Part shown: positions 55,258-64,000 of the stretch, in pieces
Numbering within the stretch: position 1 is the stretch's first letter
How the letters are laid out: each line of letters starts with the position of its first letter
Origin: an uncultured Candidatus Actinomarina sp.
GTDB lineage: Bacteria > Actinomycetota > Acidimicrobiia > Actinomarinales > Actinomarinaceae
Length of the DNA: 64,000 bases
Reading direction: 5' to 3'
Assembly: GCA_902534495.1 (NCBI GenBank)
Contig: CACAQC010000001.1
Location: 91,741 to 155,740 of the forward strand
Position numbers and translations under genes: made by a program
Notes under the pieces: generated by a model
Told to the model about the DNA's origin: nothing
The model's input: only the letters and a program-made list of their open reading frames with translations
Database searches by the model: none

Positions 55258-56487
55258 TTGAAAACAGTTCATTTTGTTCGCCATGGAGAAACAGAGCAAA
55301 ATAAAGATGGAATTTGGCAAGGTCATACAAACACACGATTAAGCAAAATTGGAAAAGCTCAAGCCAAGCTTTTGTCAAAAAGGATAAATTTAAAAAATCA
55401 AACAGTTTTTACCTCAGATCTAGTCAGAGCAAAAGAAACTGCTTATTTCTTATCAGATTCGCCAATGGTAAGAGAAAATTTAAGAGAAATAAATGTTGGA
55501 GATTTTACAGGCAAGTCTGTAAAAGAAACATACTCAAACAATTTAGACATATTCGACGCTTTACAAGATGACACGTATGTTTTTCCAAATGGAGAATCTG
55601 TTCAGGAATTTAAATTAAGAGTCCAACAAGAGGTCGGTCATATTTTTGACAGTATTGATGAAGACTCCGAATGCGTAGTAGTGACACATGGTTTCTTTAT
55701 TGGTACCGCTATAGGGTTGGTTCTAGGATTTAATCAGTATCCATATCCAATTGGCAATATTCAAAATACATCCGTTTCTACAGTGATAAAAAGAGACTCT
55801 GTAATGCAAGTTAATAAATTCAACGATGCTATTCACCTACCTAATTCATATATTGATTATCCAGCCAAAGATAAAAGTAGAATTTTAACATTTATTAGAC
55901 ACGGCCAGACCGATTCTAACACTAAGGGCGTATGGCAGGGCCATGTTGACAATCCTTTAAATACATATGGCGTTGAAACTGCAAAAGAACTGAATGGTAA
56001 ATTTTCAAATTATGATTTATATTTATCTTCTTCATTTAAAAGAGCTTTTGAAACTCTCTCATTAATAGTGGATGACAAAGATATAAAAGCAACTAACCTT
56101 TTAGCTGAAATGGACTTAGGCCAGTGGGAAGGTTTAAGCACATCAGAAATAATGGAAAATTATAGAGAAAATTTCATTCAGTCTTTGTTCGTTAACTTCA
56201 AAATTAAGTATGGAATAGATGGAGAGTCAATGAATGAAGCCGGAATTAGAGTAAGAGATTTATTAAACGACTATGATGAAGCCAAAATGTTAATTGCCAG
56301 TCATGGTGGAACTATTAAAGCCTCAATTACAACTTTTTTAAACTGTCCTGAACATAAAGCTGCTTCATCATTTACGATTCCGAATAATTTAGGAGTATCT
56401 TGTTTGGAGGTCAAGGACAACAAATATTCTTTATGGTCGTATAATGTAGGAAAAATAGGATATGAAAACATTAGTTATAACGAATGA
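55258..56487 (+). CDS. Tandem (duplicated) histidine phosphatase / phosphoglycerate-mutase-family protein
   Basis: TTG start. There are two complete domains, each with an RHG motif (VRHGETEQN; IRHGQTDSN) and a distal His (VTHGFF; ASHGGT). Confidence 0.75.
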   Translation: MKTVHFVRHGETEQNKDGIWQGHTNTRLSKIGKAQAKLLSKRINLKNQTVFTSDLVRAKETAYFLSDSPMVRENLREINVGDFTGKSVKETYSNNLDIFDALQDDTYVFPNGESVQEFKLRVQQEVGHIFDSIDEDSECVVVTHGFFIGTAIGLVLGFNQYPYPIGNIQNTSVSTVIKRDSVMQVNKFNDAIHLPNSYIDYPAKDKSRILTFIRHGQTDSNTKGVWQGHVDNPLNTYGVETAKELNGKFSNYDLYLSSSFKRAFETLSLIVDDKDIKATNLLAEMDLGQWEGLSTSEIMENYRENFIQSLFVNFKIKYGIDGESMNEAGIRVRDLLNDYDEAKMLIASHGGTIKASITTFLNCPEHKAASSFTIPNNLGVSCLEVKDNKYSLWSYNVGKIGYENISYNE

Positions 56488-57508
56488 TTATTTTCCAAAA
56501 AAAGGTGGAATTTCCACTTACATAAAATCTTTTGAAGATCATCTTGAATTAGAAAAAATAATATATGCCCCAAATTGGGCAGAAGGACCTAATGTTGTTA
56601 ACTCTAAATCAAAGTTTATCTTTGGTAGTAGAACTCATTTAAGAGAAATTAATCAAATAATTAACCAGCACAACATCGAAATAATTTTACACGCATCAAG
56701 CAATCCACAGTTCTACTTAGTTGATAAATTAAAAAATTTTGGATTGAAGCAGTATATGATTATTCACGGAGCTGAATTCAATGTGATTGATGCGATTCCA
56801 ATTGTCAAAAAAATATTTAGAAGATCGCTCGAGTCCTTAGAAAAAATATTTACTGTTAGCTACTTTACAGGTAGAAAATTACAAGAAATTACTTCAACTG
56901 AGATCGTACTTATGGGTGCAGGTGTTGAAAAAAATGAATATCAAAAAGAATTTAATGAAAATGAAAAATTAAATGTAGGAGTAAGTAGTAGATTTGTATC
57001 CAGAAAAAAAATCGATTGGGTTATAGATTCTTTAAATGATTTACAAATGGATGGATATGATGTTACATTAAACATTTTCGGTTATGGAAAACTAGAGAAG
57101 TATCTAAAAAAATTATCCGATATTTCATCTCAAGAAGTAAATTTTTACTCAGATGATGATGAAAATGCGTTGGATAGTTTTTACAAAGACTTAGATATAT
57201 TTGTCATGCCTGCAAAATCTAGATTTTTTGGAAGAGAATATGAAGGTCTCGGGCTAGTTTATTTAGAAGCTGCAAGCTATGGATTACCTGTTCTTGTTGG
57301 AAGTTCTGGAGGGGCTTTCGAAACTATTATTCCTGGAAAAACTGGTTTTATTGTTGGTTCAAGAAACGAAATATATGATGCTATTAAATATTTTTACGAA
57401 AATAAGGACATGATTAAAGAATTTGGAAGTAATTCAAAGCTATTTGTCGAAGAAAATTTTTCATGGAAAAGTGTTGTTGAAAAATTTATCTCTCATTCCT
57501 CTTCTTGA
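56462..57508 (+). CDS. GT4 glycosyltransferase, PimB/MgtA-like mannosyltransferase
   Basis: The N-terminus LVITNDYFPKKGGISTYI resembles mycobacterial PimB (VTNDFPPR.GGIQ). The C-terminal motif is EGLGLVYLEAASYGLPVLVGSSGGAFE. It has a 26-nt overlap with the phosphatase gene. Confidence 0.7.
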   Translation: MKTLVITNDYFPKKGGISTYIKSFEDHLELEKIIYAPNWAEGPNVVNSKSKFIFGSRTHLREINQIINQHNIEIILHASSNPQFYLVDKLKNFGLKQYMIIHGAEFNVIDAIPIVKKIFRRSLESLEKIFTVSYFTGRKLQEITSTEIVLMGAGVEKNEYQKEFNENEKLNVGVSSRFVSRKKIDWVIDSLNDLQMDGYDVTLNIFGYGKLEKYLKKLSDISSQEVNFYSDDDENALDSFYKDLDIFVMPAKSRFFGREYEGLGLVYLEAASYGLPVLVGSSGGAFETIIPGKTGFIVGSRNEIYDAIKYFYENKDMIKEFGSNSKLFVEENFSWKSVVEKFISHSSS

Positions 57509-60219
57509 TTAGATTCAATATCTCCAAACAATTCAAGAACTTCTGAAGGCGTAACAGTCAGAGCTTTTCTTGGATTTTCCAGAGGCTTGTTTTTTTTGTC
57601 TATTAATATTTTATTAATCAGATTGTCTTTTGTGGCATCCTCTGGCTTCATTCTAAATCTTCCTCTATAGAAGACAATTTCAAGAGATTTGGCCAAACCT
57701 ACCAAGTGTTCTTTAGGTAATTTTTTAATATACTTCTCATCTAATAAATAATGATTATTTATCATTTCAATTATTTTATTTTTTGTAGCACTTTTTGGAA
57801 TTTTAAGAATTTCACCACCCAAAAACTTTGAAACAGCTTTACTTTTCTCTTCATCAAGCAAACTTCTCAACTCATCTTTTGATAAACTCTGAAGCATATC
57901 ATTTTCAAAGACAGTCCTATTTCTTTGTTTCATTGCATATCCGCCATACGGCCCCACAGCTGATGAGTATGTCCATTCATCAATCTCGACAATTTTCCTT
58001 GGGTTTTTAGCAGATAGAGAAAATCTTTCTATACACTGTTCTTCTGTTAAAGCATCAGGATCTTCACCTTCAAATATTGGTCCAATAAGATTTTTAGAAT
58101 TACAATTTTCAAGATTTTTAAAGTCACACTTTTCCTGTTTCCCTCTCTTTTGTTTTCCATCAAGCTGAAGATAAAAACCTCCATTAGGTCCTAGCTTTAC
58201 CAATATTGAAGCAGAACATTCACTACACTTGGAAACCATACGCTCTTTTTTTAGATTTTCTTCTTGGTGTTCTTCAAGTTCTTTTATGTATTCAACCTCT
58301 ATTTCTTCAAGTGCAATTTCTGGTGGTAGGCCAACCTTAAAATCATCATCTCTTAATAAATAAGGGTAGGGAATTTTATTTTGGATTCTTCCCGTTTTAA
58401 CCACGTATCTTGATTCAAAGGGAAGCTTTACAGTAGTAAGTATAAGAGGGTCTTGCACACCATAATTATCAACATGATTATTAATTGTATTAAACGATTT
58501 TTCTAAAAATTTAATTTTTGAACTCTCGGGATCATCGCTTTCCAAAATTTTATCAAGATCATCTTCCATAGATTTTGAGAACTCATAATCAATGTATTGA
58601 TTGAAATAAGGTTTCATAAAATTATTGATTAAAGCTATAGCTAAAATTCTTGGTTTTAGACTAGATTCAGAGTTTATAAACACAGAAGTTATGCTTTCAA
58701 TAATTGACACATATGTTGATGGCCTACCTATACCTAATTCCTCCAATTTATTAATAAGTGAAGTTGACGAATACCTATTTGGAGGATTTGTATATTTCTC
58801 TTCGCTCTCTGATTCAGTAATTTTTATTTCATCATTTTCTCTCAAGTCTGGAAGCTCTTGAGACTTCTCTGACAAATCTTTAATTAAATCCCTATATCCA
58901 CCAAATGTCCAAGTTGTCCCCGAGATTCCCAAAATTAAAGGAGAGTAAATATTTTCTTTCGTTTCTATTTCAATAGTTTTCGTAATTCCTTGAGCATCAG
59001 TCATCTGAGATGCGACTGTTGTGTTAAAAATTAAACTGTAAAGCTTGTATTCATCGCTGTCCTCTTTATGTGTTTTAAGTAATTCTTGAGGAGTAGTAAA
59101 GATTTCACCAGAAGGCCTAATTGCCTCATGAGCTGCTTGCGCATTTTTGCTGTCACCATATAGATTTGGAGAATCAGGTAAGTGTTTTTCAGAAAAATTA
59201 TCCCTAATATAGGCTCTCGAGGCTTTAATTGCAACATCTGATAACCTAATTGAATCAGTTCTCATATATGTAATTAAACCTTCTTGGTAAAGTCGCTGGG
59301 CCACACTCATAGTTTTTCTCGGCTGAAATCCCAAATTGCTTCTAGCGGAAGATTGTAAACTTGTTGTTTTAAATGGCTTCGGAGGCTTACCACTCCGAGA
59401 CGACTCTTTAATGGATGAGATTGACGCAGTTTGATTTTTTAATATACTAACTATTTCGTTAGTTTCATTTTCATCTAGGTATTTTTTATCCTTACTAGTC
59501 TTGTTTCCATTCTCATTAAAATCCGATGATGAAGCCAGCCTCTTTCCACTAACTCTTTTAAGATTTGCTGTAAATTCATAATCATTACTTTTACATAATG
59601 CCTTGATTTCAAAATATTTTGATTTAACAAATTTTAATCTTTCTTCTTCTCTTTCAACAATTAACCTGATAGCAGGACCCTGGACTCTTCCTGTAGAGAT
59701 GAATGCTCCTCCAAGATCTCTCACTTTTGGTGAAATTTCATATCCAATCATCCGATCAAGAGTTCTCCTGGCTTCGTAAGATTTAAATTTTCCAATATCA
59801 ATAGTTTCAGGATTATTAATTGCGTTTGTGACTGCGGCTTCCGTAATTTCATTGAACTTAATTCTCTTAGGTTCACTTTTGAGTTCAAGTGATTCCATCA
59901 AATGATATGCAATAGCTTCACCTTCTCTGTCATCATCAGTAGCTAGGTATACATCGGATGCCTCATCTGCTATATCTTTTAGTTCTTTAACAATTTTTTT
60001 TCTATCTTCAGGTATTACATATATATTCTCAAAATTCTTAGGCTTAACAGCACCCCACAAGATTTCTTTATTGGAATAGTTAGTAGGTATAGCTTTAGTG
60101 TTACGTGGAAGATCTCTTATGTGGCCAACACTTGATTTAACGATATATTCAGAACCGAGAATCTTAGAAATAGTTTTTACTTTTGTTGGCGACTCAACAA
60201 TAACTAAAGGTTTTGACAT
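57493..60219 (-). CDS. topA: DNA topoisomerase I
   Basis: Toprim N-terminus LVIVESPTKVKTI, DDDREGE, active-site region ITYMRTDS, and a long basic C-terminal domain. Confidence 0.95.
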   Translation of the reverse strand: MSKPLVIVESPTKVKTISKILGSEYIVKSSVGHIRDLPRNTKAIPTNYSNKEILWGAVKPKNFENIYVIPEDRKKIVKELKDIADEASDVYLATDDDREGEAIAYHLMESLELKSEPKRIKFNEITEAAVTNAINNPETIDIGKFKSYEARRTLDRMIGYEISPKVRDLGGAFISTGRVQGPAIRLIVEREEERLKFVKSKYFEIKALCKSNDYEFTANLKRVSGKRLASSSDFNENGNKTSKDKKYLDENETNEIVSILKNQTASISSIKESSRSGKPPKPFKTTSLQSSARSNLGFQPRKTMSVAQRLYQEGLITYMRTDSIRLSDVAIKASRAYIRDNFSEKHLPDSPNLYGDSKNAQAAHEAIRPSGEIFTTPQELLKTHKEDSDEYKLYSLIFNTTVASQMTDAQGITKTIEIETKENIYSPLILGISGTTWTFGGYRDLIKDLSEKSQELPDLRENDEIKITESESEEKYTNPPNRYSSTSLINKLEELGIGRPSTYVSIIESITSVFINSESSLKPRILAIALINNFMKPYFNQYIDYEFSKSMEDDLDKILESDDPESSKIKFLEKSFNTINNHVDNYGVQDPLILTTVKLPFESRYVVKTGRIQNKIPYPYLLRDDDFKVGLPPEIALEEIEVEYIKELEEHQEENLKKERMVSKCSECSASILVKLGPNGGFYLQLDGKQKRGKQEKCDFKNLENCNSKNLIGPIFEGEDPDALTEEQCIERFSLSAKNPRKIVEIDEWTYSSAVGPYGGYAMKQRNRTVFENDMLQSLSKDELRSLLDEEKSKAVSKFLGGEILKIPKSATKNKIIEMINNHYLLDEKYIKKLPKEHLVGLAKSLEIVFYRGRFRMKPEDATKDNLINKILIDKKNKPLENPRKALTVTPSEVLELFGDIESNQEEE

Positions 60220-60306
60220 GTCCTTATTGATAACACTATTTTTGTCATATGTACAGGATTTAAGAAAAAAAGTATTCTAAACATTCACTAGGATGAATAT
60301 AAGGCA

Positions 60307-61638
60307 ATGAAATCAATAAAAATATTTTCAAAATCTCAGTTCTCAGTTCTTTGGTGGTCAGGCACTTTATCAAGCTTTGGTGATTGGGCAACATTATTTG
60401 CTTCTGTTGCATTAGCAAGCTATCTGGGGACCGAAGGTGGCAATTCAGAACTAACTGCTGTTATTCCAATTGTTGCAAGGATAATCCCTGCACTTATGTC
60501 GTCATTTGCAGGAATATTGGCTGATAGGTTTAATAAAAAAAATGTGATGATCATATGTGATTTATCAAGAATGGGTATAGTTCTTGGTCTTTTTTTCACG
60601 ACGACCCTAATTCAACTTTTCCTTATAAATTTTTTATCTGAAATTTTTTCTCTTATTAGGCAACCTTCAAGAGAATCAGTAGTTCCTGAAGTGGTTGATG
60701 ATGAATATTTAGTAAAAGCAAACTCTCTATTTACAGTAGGTACATACGCGTCCCTTCCATTAGCTTCGTTAACTTTTGGTGTAATCTCTGATAATTCATT
60801 GATTGAAGGAATTGTTTCTTATGGAAATGGTTGGAACGGGTCTGTAATATTTGTTGTTGATTCAATCACTTTTTTAATTTCATCATTATTGCTTTTATAT
60901 CTCAAAACAGGATCGCCAAACGAAAATGTAAAAAAACAATCAAATGTTTTTGGTGATCTTAAGGAAGGCTTAAATTATTTTCTTTCAGTTCATGAGCTTA
61001 GAACAGTTACAACATCCATATCATTAAGTTTGGTAGGAGCAGGCGCTCTTTTTGTATTAGGAAATACATACTTGACAGAGTCACTAAAGTTTACCCAAAG
61101 CTCTTTTGGCTTTATGATTGCTTCGTTTGGGTTTGGGATAATTTTTACTATGGTAATTTTAAGTTATTTTGTTACTTCATTTAGTAGAATTTCATTTTTT
61201 ATTGGTATAAGCATGGTAATAACTGGTCTCTCACTTTTATTTGCATTCAACTCATCAGAATTTTCAACACTCTTATTTTTTATTTTTATTTCAGGCATAG
61301 GGTCAGGATCCGTTTATCTGTTAACTATAAGTTATCTTCAAAGTACAACAGACAAAAATTTAAGAGGAAGAGTATTTGGTAACTTTTATACAATTGGAAG
61401 ATTATCAATTCTACTCTCACTATTTATTTCTGGATTTGCTGCAAATTTCATAAATCAATATTTTGAATTTGATGGAGTGCTGGTCGTTTTAAGAATAAGC
61501 TCTGGTCTTATATTGACTTCTGGTTTAATTACCTTTATTAAAGGCTACAGAATGATAATTAAAGATTTTGGATTTGAAAATTCCAATTTTAACAAGTTAA
61601 GATTAAATCTTGATACTGATGAAGATGAACCATTATGA
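60307..61638 (+). CDS. MFS transporter
   Basis: About 12 TM helices, with an MFS loop motif GILADRFNKKNVM between TM2 and TM3. Confidence 0.75.
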   Translation: MKSIKIFSKSQFSVLWWSGTLSSFGDWATLFASVALASYLGTEGGNSELTAVIPIVARIIPALMSSFAGILADRFNKKNVMIICDLSRMGIVLGLFFTTTLIQLFLINFLSEIFSLIRQPSRESVVPEVVDDEYLVKANSLFTVGTYASLPLASLTFGVISDNSLIEGIVSYGNGWNGSVIFVVDSITFLISSLLLLYLKTGSPNENVKKQSNVFGDLKEGLNYFLSVHELRTVTTSISLSLVGAGALFVLGNTYLTESLKFTQSSFGFMIASFGFGIIFTMVILSYFVTSFSRISFFIGISMVITGLSLLFAFNSSEFSTLLFFIFISGIGSGSVYLLTISYLQSTTDKNLRGRVFGNFYTIGRLSILLSLFISGFAANFINQYFEFDGVLVVLRISSGLILTSGLITFIKGYRMIIKDFGFENSNFNKLRLNLDTDEDEPL

Positions 61639-62246
61639 ATTGTGACTATGTAGCCTTTGAGGGGATTGATGGATCTGGAAAGTCAAGCATAATTGAGCAG
61701 CTTTCAAAAATTTTAGATGAGAAAAAAATAGAAAATAAGATAGTTAGAGAACCTGGCGGGACTAAAGTTGGCGAAGGTATCAGGGAGTTGTTGTTAAGTC
61801 ATGATTATAAAGTTAGCCCCCTAACCGAAGCTCTGTTATTCTGTGCTCAAAGATCTCAGTTAGTAACTGAACTCATAAAACCATCAATTCAAAATAGAAT
61901 TAAAATTTTGTCAGATAGAAGTGCATATTCCTCTGTTGCCTACCAGGGAGTTGGAAGAGAATTGGGTTATGAAAAAATATATCAGTTAAACGATATCGCT
62001 GTTGGAGGTCTCTGGCCGGAAAAAGTTGTTTTACTTGATATTGATCCATTAGTTTCCTTAAATCGTCAAAAAGTTGCAGACAGAATTGGTAGCGACAAAA
62101 TAGAATTTTTTCAAAGAATAAGAGAAGGATACTTGAGACTTTCAAAGGAATTTTTGGAAAATTTTTTAGTAGTAGACGCTGAAAATAGTTTAGAAGAAAA
62201 TTTGTTTAAGGTATGCGACTGGTTAGGAATTGACAAAGCTAAATAA
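61635..62246 (+). CDS. tmk: Thymidylate kinase
   Basis: P-loop FEGIDGSGKS, a DR(S)xYSSxAYQG motif and a lid region. It has an ATGA overlap with the MFS gene. Confidence 0.9.
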   Translation: MNCDYVAFEGIDGSGKSSIIEQLSKILDEKKIENKIVREPGGTKVGEGIRELLLSHDYKVSPLTEALLFCAQRSQLVTELIKPSIQNRIKILSDRSAYSSVAYQGVGRELGYEKIYQLNDIAVGGLWPEKVVLLDIDPLVSLNRQKVADRIGSDKIEFFQRIREGYLRLSKEFLENFLVVDAENSLEENLFKVCDWLGIDKAK

Positions 62247-63069
62247 ATCACTACAAAAAGAGCTTGATGGCGTATTTCATGCCTATCTTTTGTTTTCAAA
62301 CTCATCAAGAGAACTTATCAAACAAGCAAAAAAATTCGCAGGCCTTATTGCATTTAACGATGAATCTATTGACAATCATCCAGATATAAAAATAGTTGAA
62401 TCTGACAATCTTCGCACACTGGGAGTTGAAGATATCAGAACAGTTATAACTCAAGACAACCTTTCTCCAATTGAGGGAAGATATAAGGTCGTTATATTTC
62501 CACCACTAAAATCTTTGACTGAGGAAGCTTCAAATGCACTTTTGAAGACTATCGAAGAGCCATCAAAAACAAGTGTATTTTTAATACTATCTACTGGTAA
62601 TTTTTGGTCTCACAGCAGAGATGATTCAAATAATATGATTCTTTCAACTATAAAAAGTAGATGTAGAACTATTTTCGTAGATACTGACAAAGATATAAAG
62701 TTTAATTATTCAAATGAAGACTTTATTGATTTTTTAGATTTCGAAATATTTGACGAAAAGCAATCTTTTAAAAAGATTTTAGATATCCTAACAATTCAAA
62801 AAAAAGAGTTAAGTAATTTGATACACTCATTTTCTTTAATAAACGAATGCAAGAAAGTCATTGATGGTCTTGATGATGATGTATCTTTAACCCTTAATTC
62901 GCTGATTGTTAGTTGTCTAGAGTATTTAACTAACTCAATAATAATTCAACAGAACATGTCAAGAGAGATGTATGAATTTGCAGTCAAAGTTGAAATTGCT
63001 ATGGCAGATATAAGTTCTGGAATGAGGCCACAAGTAGTATTAAGCAACTTGTCACTTGAGGTTTCATAA
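62230..63069 (+). CDS. holB: DNA polymerase III delta-prime subunit (short form)
   Basis: TTG start. It has HAYLLFS, a KVVIF Walker-B-like stretch, and NALLKTIEEPSKTSVFLILS. It follows tmk, as in many Actinobacteria. Confidence 0.8.
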   Translation: MTKLNKSLQKELDGVFHAYLLFSNSSRELIKQAKKFAGLIAFNDESIDNHPDIKIVESDNLRTLGVEDIRTVITQDNLSPIEGRYKVVIFPPLKSLTEEASNALLKTIEEPSKTSVFLILSTGNFWSHSRDDSNNMILSTIKSRCRTIFVDTDKDIKFNYSNEDFIDFLDFEIFDEKQSFKKILDILTIQKKELSNLIHSFSLINECKKVIDGLDDDVSLTLNSLIVSCLEYLTNSIIIQQNMSREMYEFAVKVEIAMADISSGMRPQVVLSNLSLEVS

Positions 63070-63070
63070 T

Positions 63071-63895
63071 ATGAACAAATTAACCCTTTTAGGCACAGGT
63101 TGCCCAAGCCCAAGTCACTTAAGATACGGACCAAGTAGTTTAATTTCATATGACGGAATAAATTATTTAATTGATGCTGGTTCGGGAGTCACTCAAAGGC
63201 TTAGTGAAGTAGGAATAAAACCAAGTGAAATAGATTACATTTTTATTACCCATTTACACTCCGATCATATTGTTGATTTATATCAATTATTTATATCTGG
63301 ATGGCACACTGGGCGAGAAACTAAATTTAAAGTATTTGGCCCAAAAGGTCTAAAAAGCCATTTCAATAAAATTTTTGAAGCTTACAAAGAAGAGTTAGAT
63401 TTACGAAAAGAATGGGAGAAGAGACCTAATGTAGATGGTTTAGCATATGAAATTAAAGAAATTAATAATGAATTAAAAATTAACCTAGATAACACAACTA
63501 TAGAAAGTGTAACAGTGGACCACCACCCTGTTAATCCTGCATATGGATATAAATTTATTTTGGGATCAAAGAATATAATTTTTTCTGGAGATACTCGATA
63601 CTGTGAGGTTCTGGAAAAAGCTTCAAAAGATGCCGATATTTTAGTACATGAAGTCTTTGTGGGTTTGGACTACGATTCAGCGCGAATGTCATCTGAAACG
63701 ATTGAAAACATTAGTGATTATCACACGACACCGGAAGAAGTTGGGCTTTTAGCAAGTAATGCAAGGATTAAAAAATTAGTTTTAAACCATTTTGTACCCC
63801 CTGTATTTGATGAAAATATCTTAGTACAAAGAATTGCTAAACATTTTGATGGAGATATTGTAGTTGGTAAAGATTTATTACAATTTAATATCTAA
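63071..63895 (+). CDS. MBL-fold metallo-hydrolase (RNase Z/BN-like)
   Basis: MNKLTLLGTGCPSP, IDAGSG, HLHSDH, and a distal FSGDT...HEV. I prefer ATG 63071 over the track TTG at 63056. Confidence 0.75.
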   Translation: MNKLTLLGTGCPSPSHLRYGPSSLISYDGINYLIDAGSGVTQRLSEVGIKPSEIDYIFITHLHSDHIVDLYQLFISGWHTGRETKFKVFGPKGLKSHFNKIFEAYKEELDLRKEWEKRPNVDGLAYEIKEINNELKINLDNTTIESVTVDHHPVNPAYGYKFILGSKNIIFSGDTRYCEVLEKASKDADILVHEVFVGLDYDSARMSSETIENISDYHTTPEEVGLLASNARIKKLVLNHFVPPVFDENILVQRIAKHFDGDIVVGKDLLQFNI

Positions 63896-63949
63896 TAGAA
63901 TTATTCTTTTTTCTTTTTAAACTTTAACTTTAAACTGTAAAATATTTAC

Positions 63950-64000
63950 ATGACAGTTCCAGTAATTCCAAGCTTTCCAATCATTGGTCACTCCTTGCCT
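63950..64000 (+). CDS. 5' end of an ORF running off the window (MTVPVIPSFPIIGHSLP...)
   Basis: ATG at 63950 is open to the window edge. The proline-rich IPSFPIIGHSLP is faintly reminiscent of cytochrome P450 N-termini, but 17 codons are too few to call. Confidence 0.3.
   Translation, partial: MTVPVIPSFPIIGHSLP

Noticed and set aside
55314-55571. 85-aa highly basic ORF in an alternative plus frame within the histidine phosphatase gene.
   Set aside because: It is completely embedded in a well-supported CDS and has no SD. Its composition (K/R/F/S) is what an off-frame reading of AT-rich coding DNA produces.
1-64000. CRISPR arrays, IS elements/transposases, integrases, prophage genes, rRNA, toxin-antitoxin pairs and known anti-phage defence genes.
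   Set aside because: None of the ORF translations shows transposase, integrase, Cas or defence-type motifs. No intergenic region exceeds about 180 nt, and I saw no spaced direct repeats. RmuC, HflX and TldD/PmbA look like ordinary housekeeping copies.

Overview
This is a visibly AT-rich window (roughly one-third G+C by eye, not computed) that is almost entirely coding. I call about 60 CDS and one tRNA, and many neighbouring genes share 4-nt or 8-nt start/stop overlaps. It reads like core chromosome of a genome-streamlined bacterium. The lineage is probably Actinobacteriota, perhaps a marine Acidimicrobiia/Actinomarinales-like organism. That is inference from gene content: a dnaK-grpE-dnaJ-hspR operon, an HrdB-like sigma factor, an F420-type LLM oxidoreductase, a PimB-like GT4, and topA/tmk/holB.

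Content, in order:
- DUF885 and DUF418 proteins, then the heat-shock operon.
- proC, a membrane-anchored Hdr-like Fe-S oxidoreductase, nadE, and a class IV aminotransferase.
- selD, an alpha/beta hydrolase, a GT4, rmuC, fadE, and a PfkB kinase.
- A cupredoxin/beta-helix membrane lipoprotein and an SDR.
- A Bacillus-style caa3 oxidase cluster (ctaCDEFG, with ctaB divergent and ctaA nearby), lgt, a Ca2+/cation antiporter, pepN, gnd, hflX.
- tRNA-Sec, the principal sigma factor, tldD/pmbA, and a GDPD.
- A photolyase-related protein, an IDO-like haem dioxygenase plus ald, and leuCD.
- A CPA2 antiporter, a membrane pyrophosphatase, a tandem histidine phosphatase plus GT4, topA, an MFS transporter, tmk, holB, and an MBL hydrolase.

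Most notable results:
1. The ORF track truncates selD. The gene actually starts at 14599 and carries an in-frame TGA (14632-14634) at the catalytic Sec/Cys position, with a hairpin immediately downstream.
2. An unlisted 92-nt tRNA with anticodon UCA and a long variable arm (tRNA-Sec) lies at 39770-39861 on the minus strand.
3. selD is translationally coupled to a hydrolase and a GT-B glycosyltransferase. This could be a selenometabolite module, which is a hypothesis only.
4. There is an unusual lipoprotein fusing a cupredoxin, a NosD-like beta-helix and a PLDc_N-like membrane domain.
5. A bacterial IDO-like gene overlaps ald and sits divergent from a photolyase homologue that appears to lack the CxxC Fe-S ligands.

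I saw no rRNA, CRISPR array, IS element, prophage or recognisable defence system.
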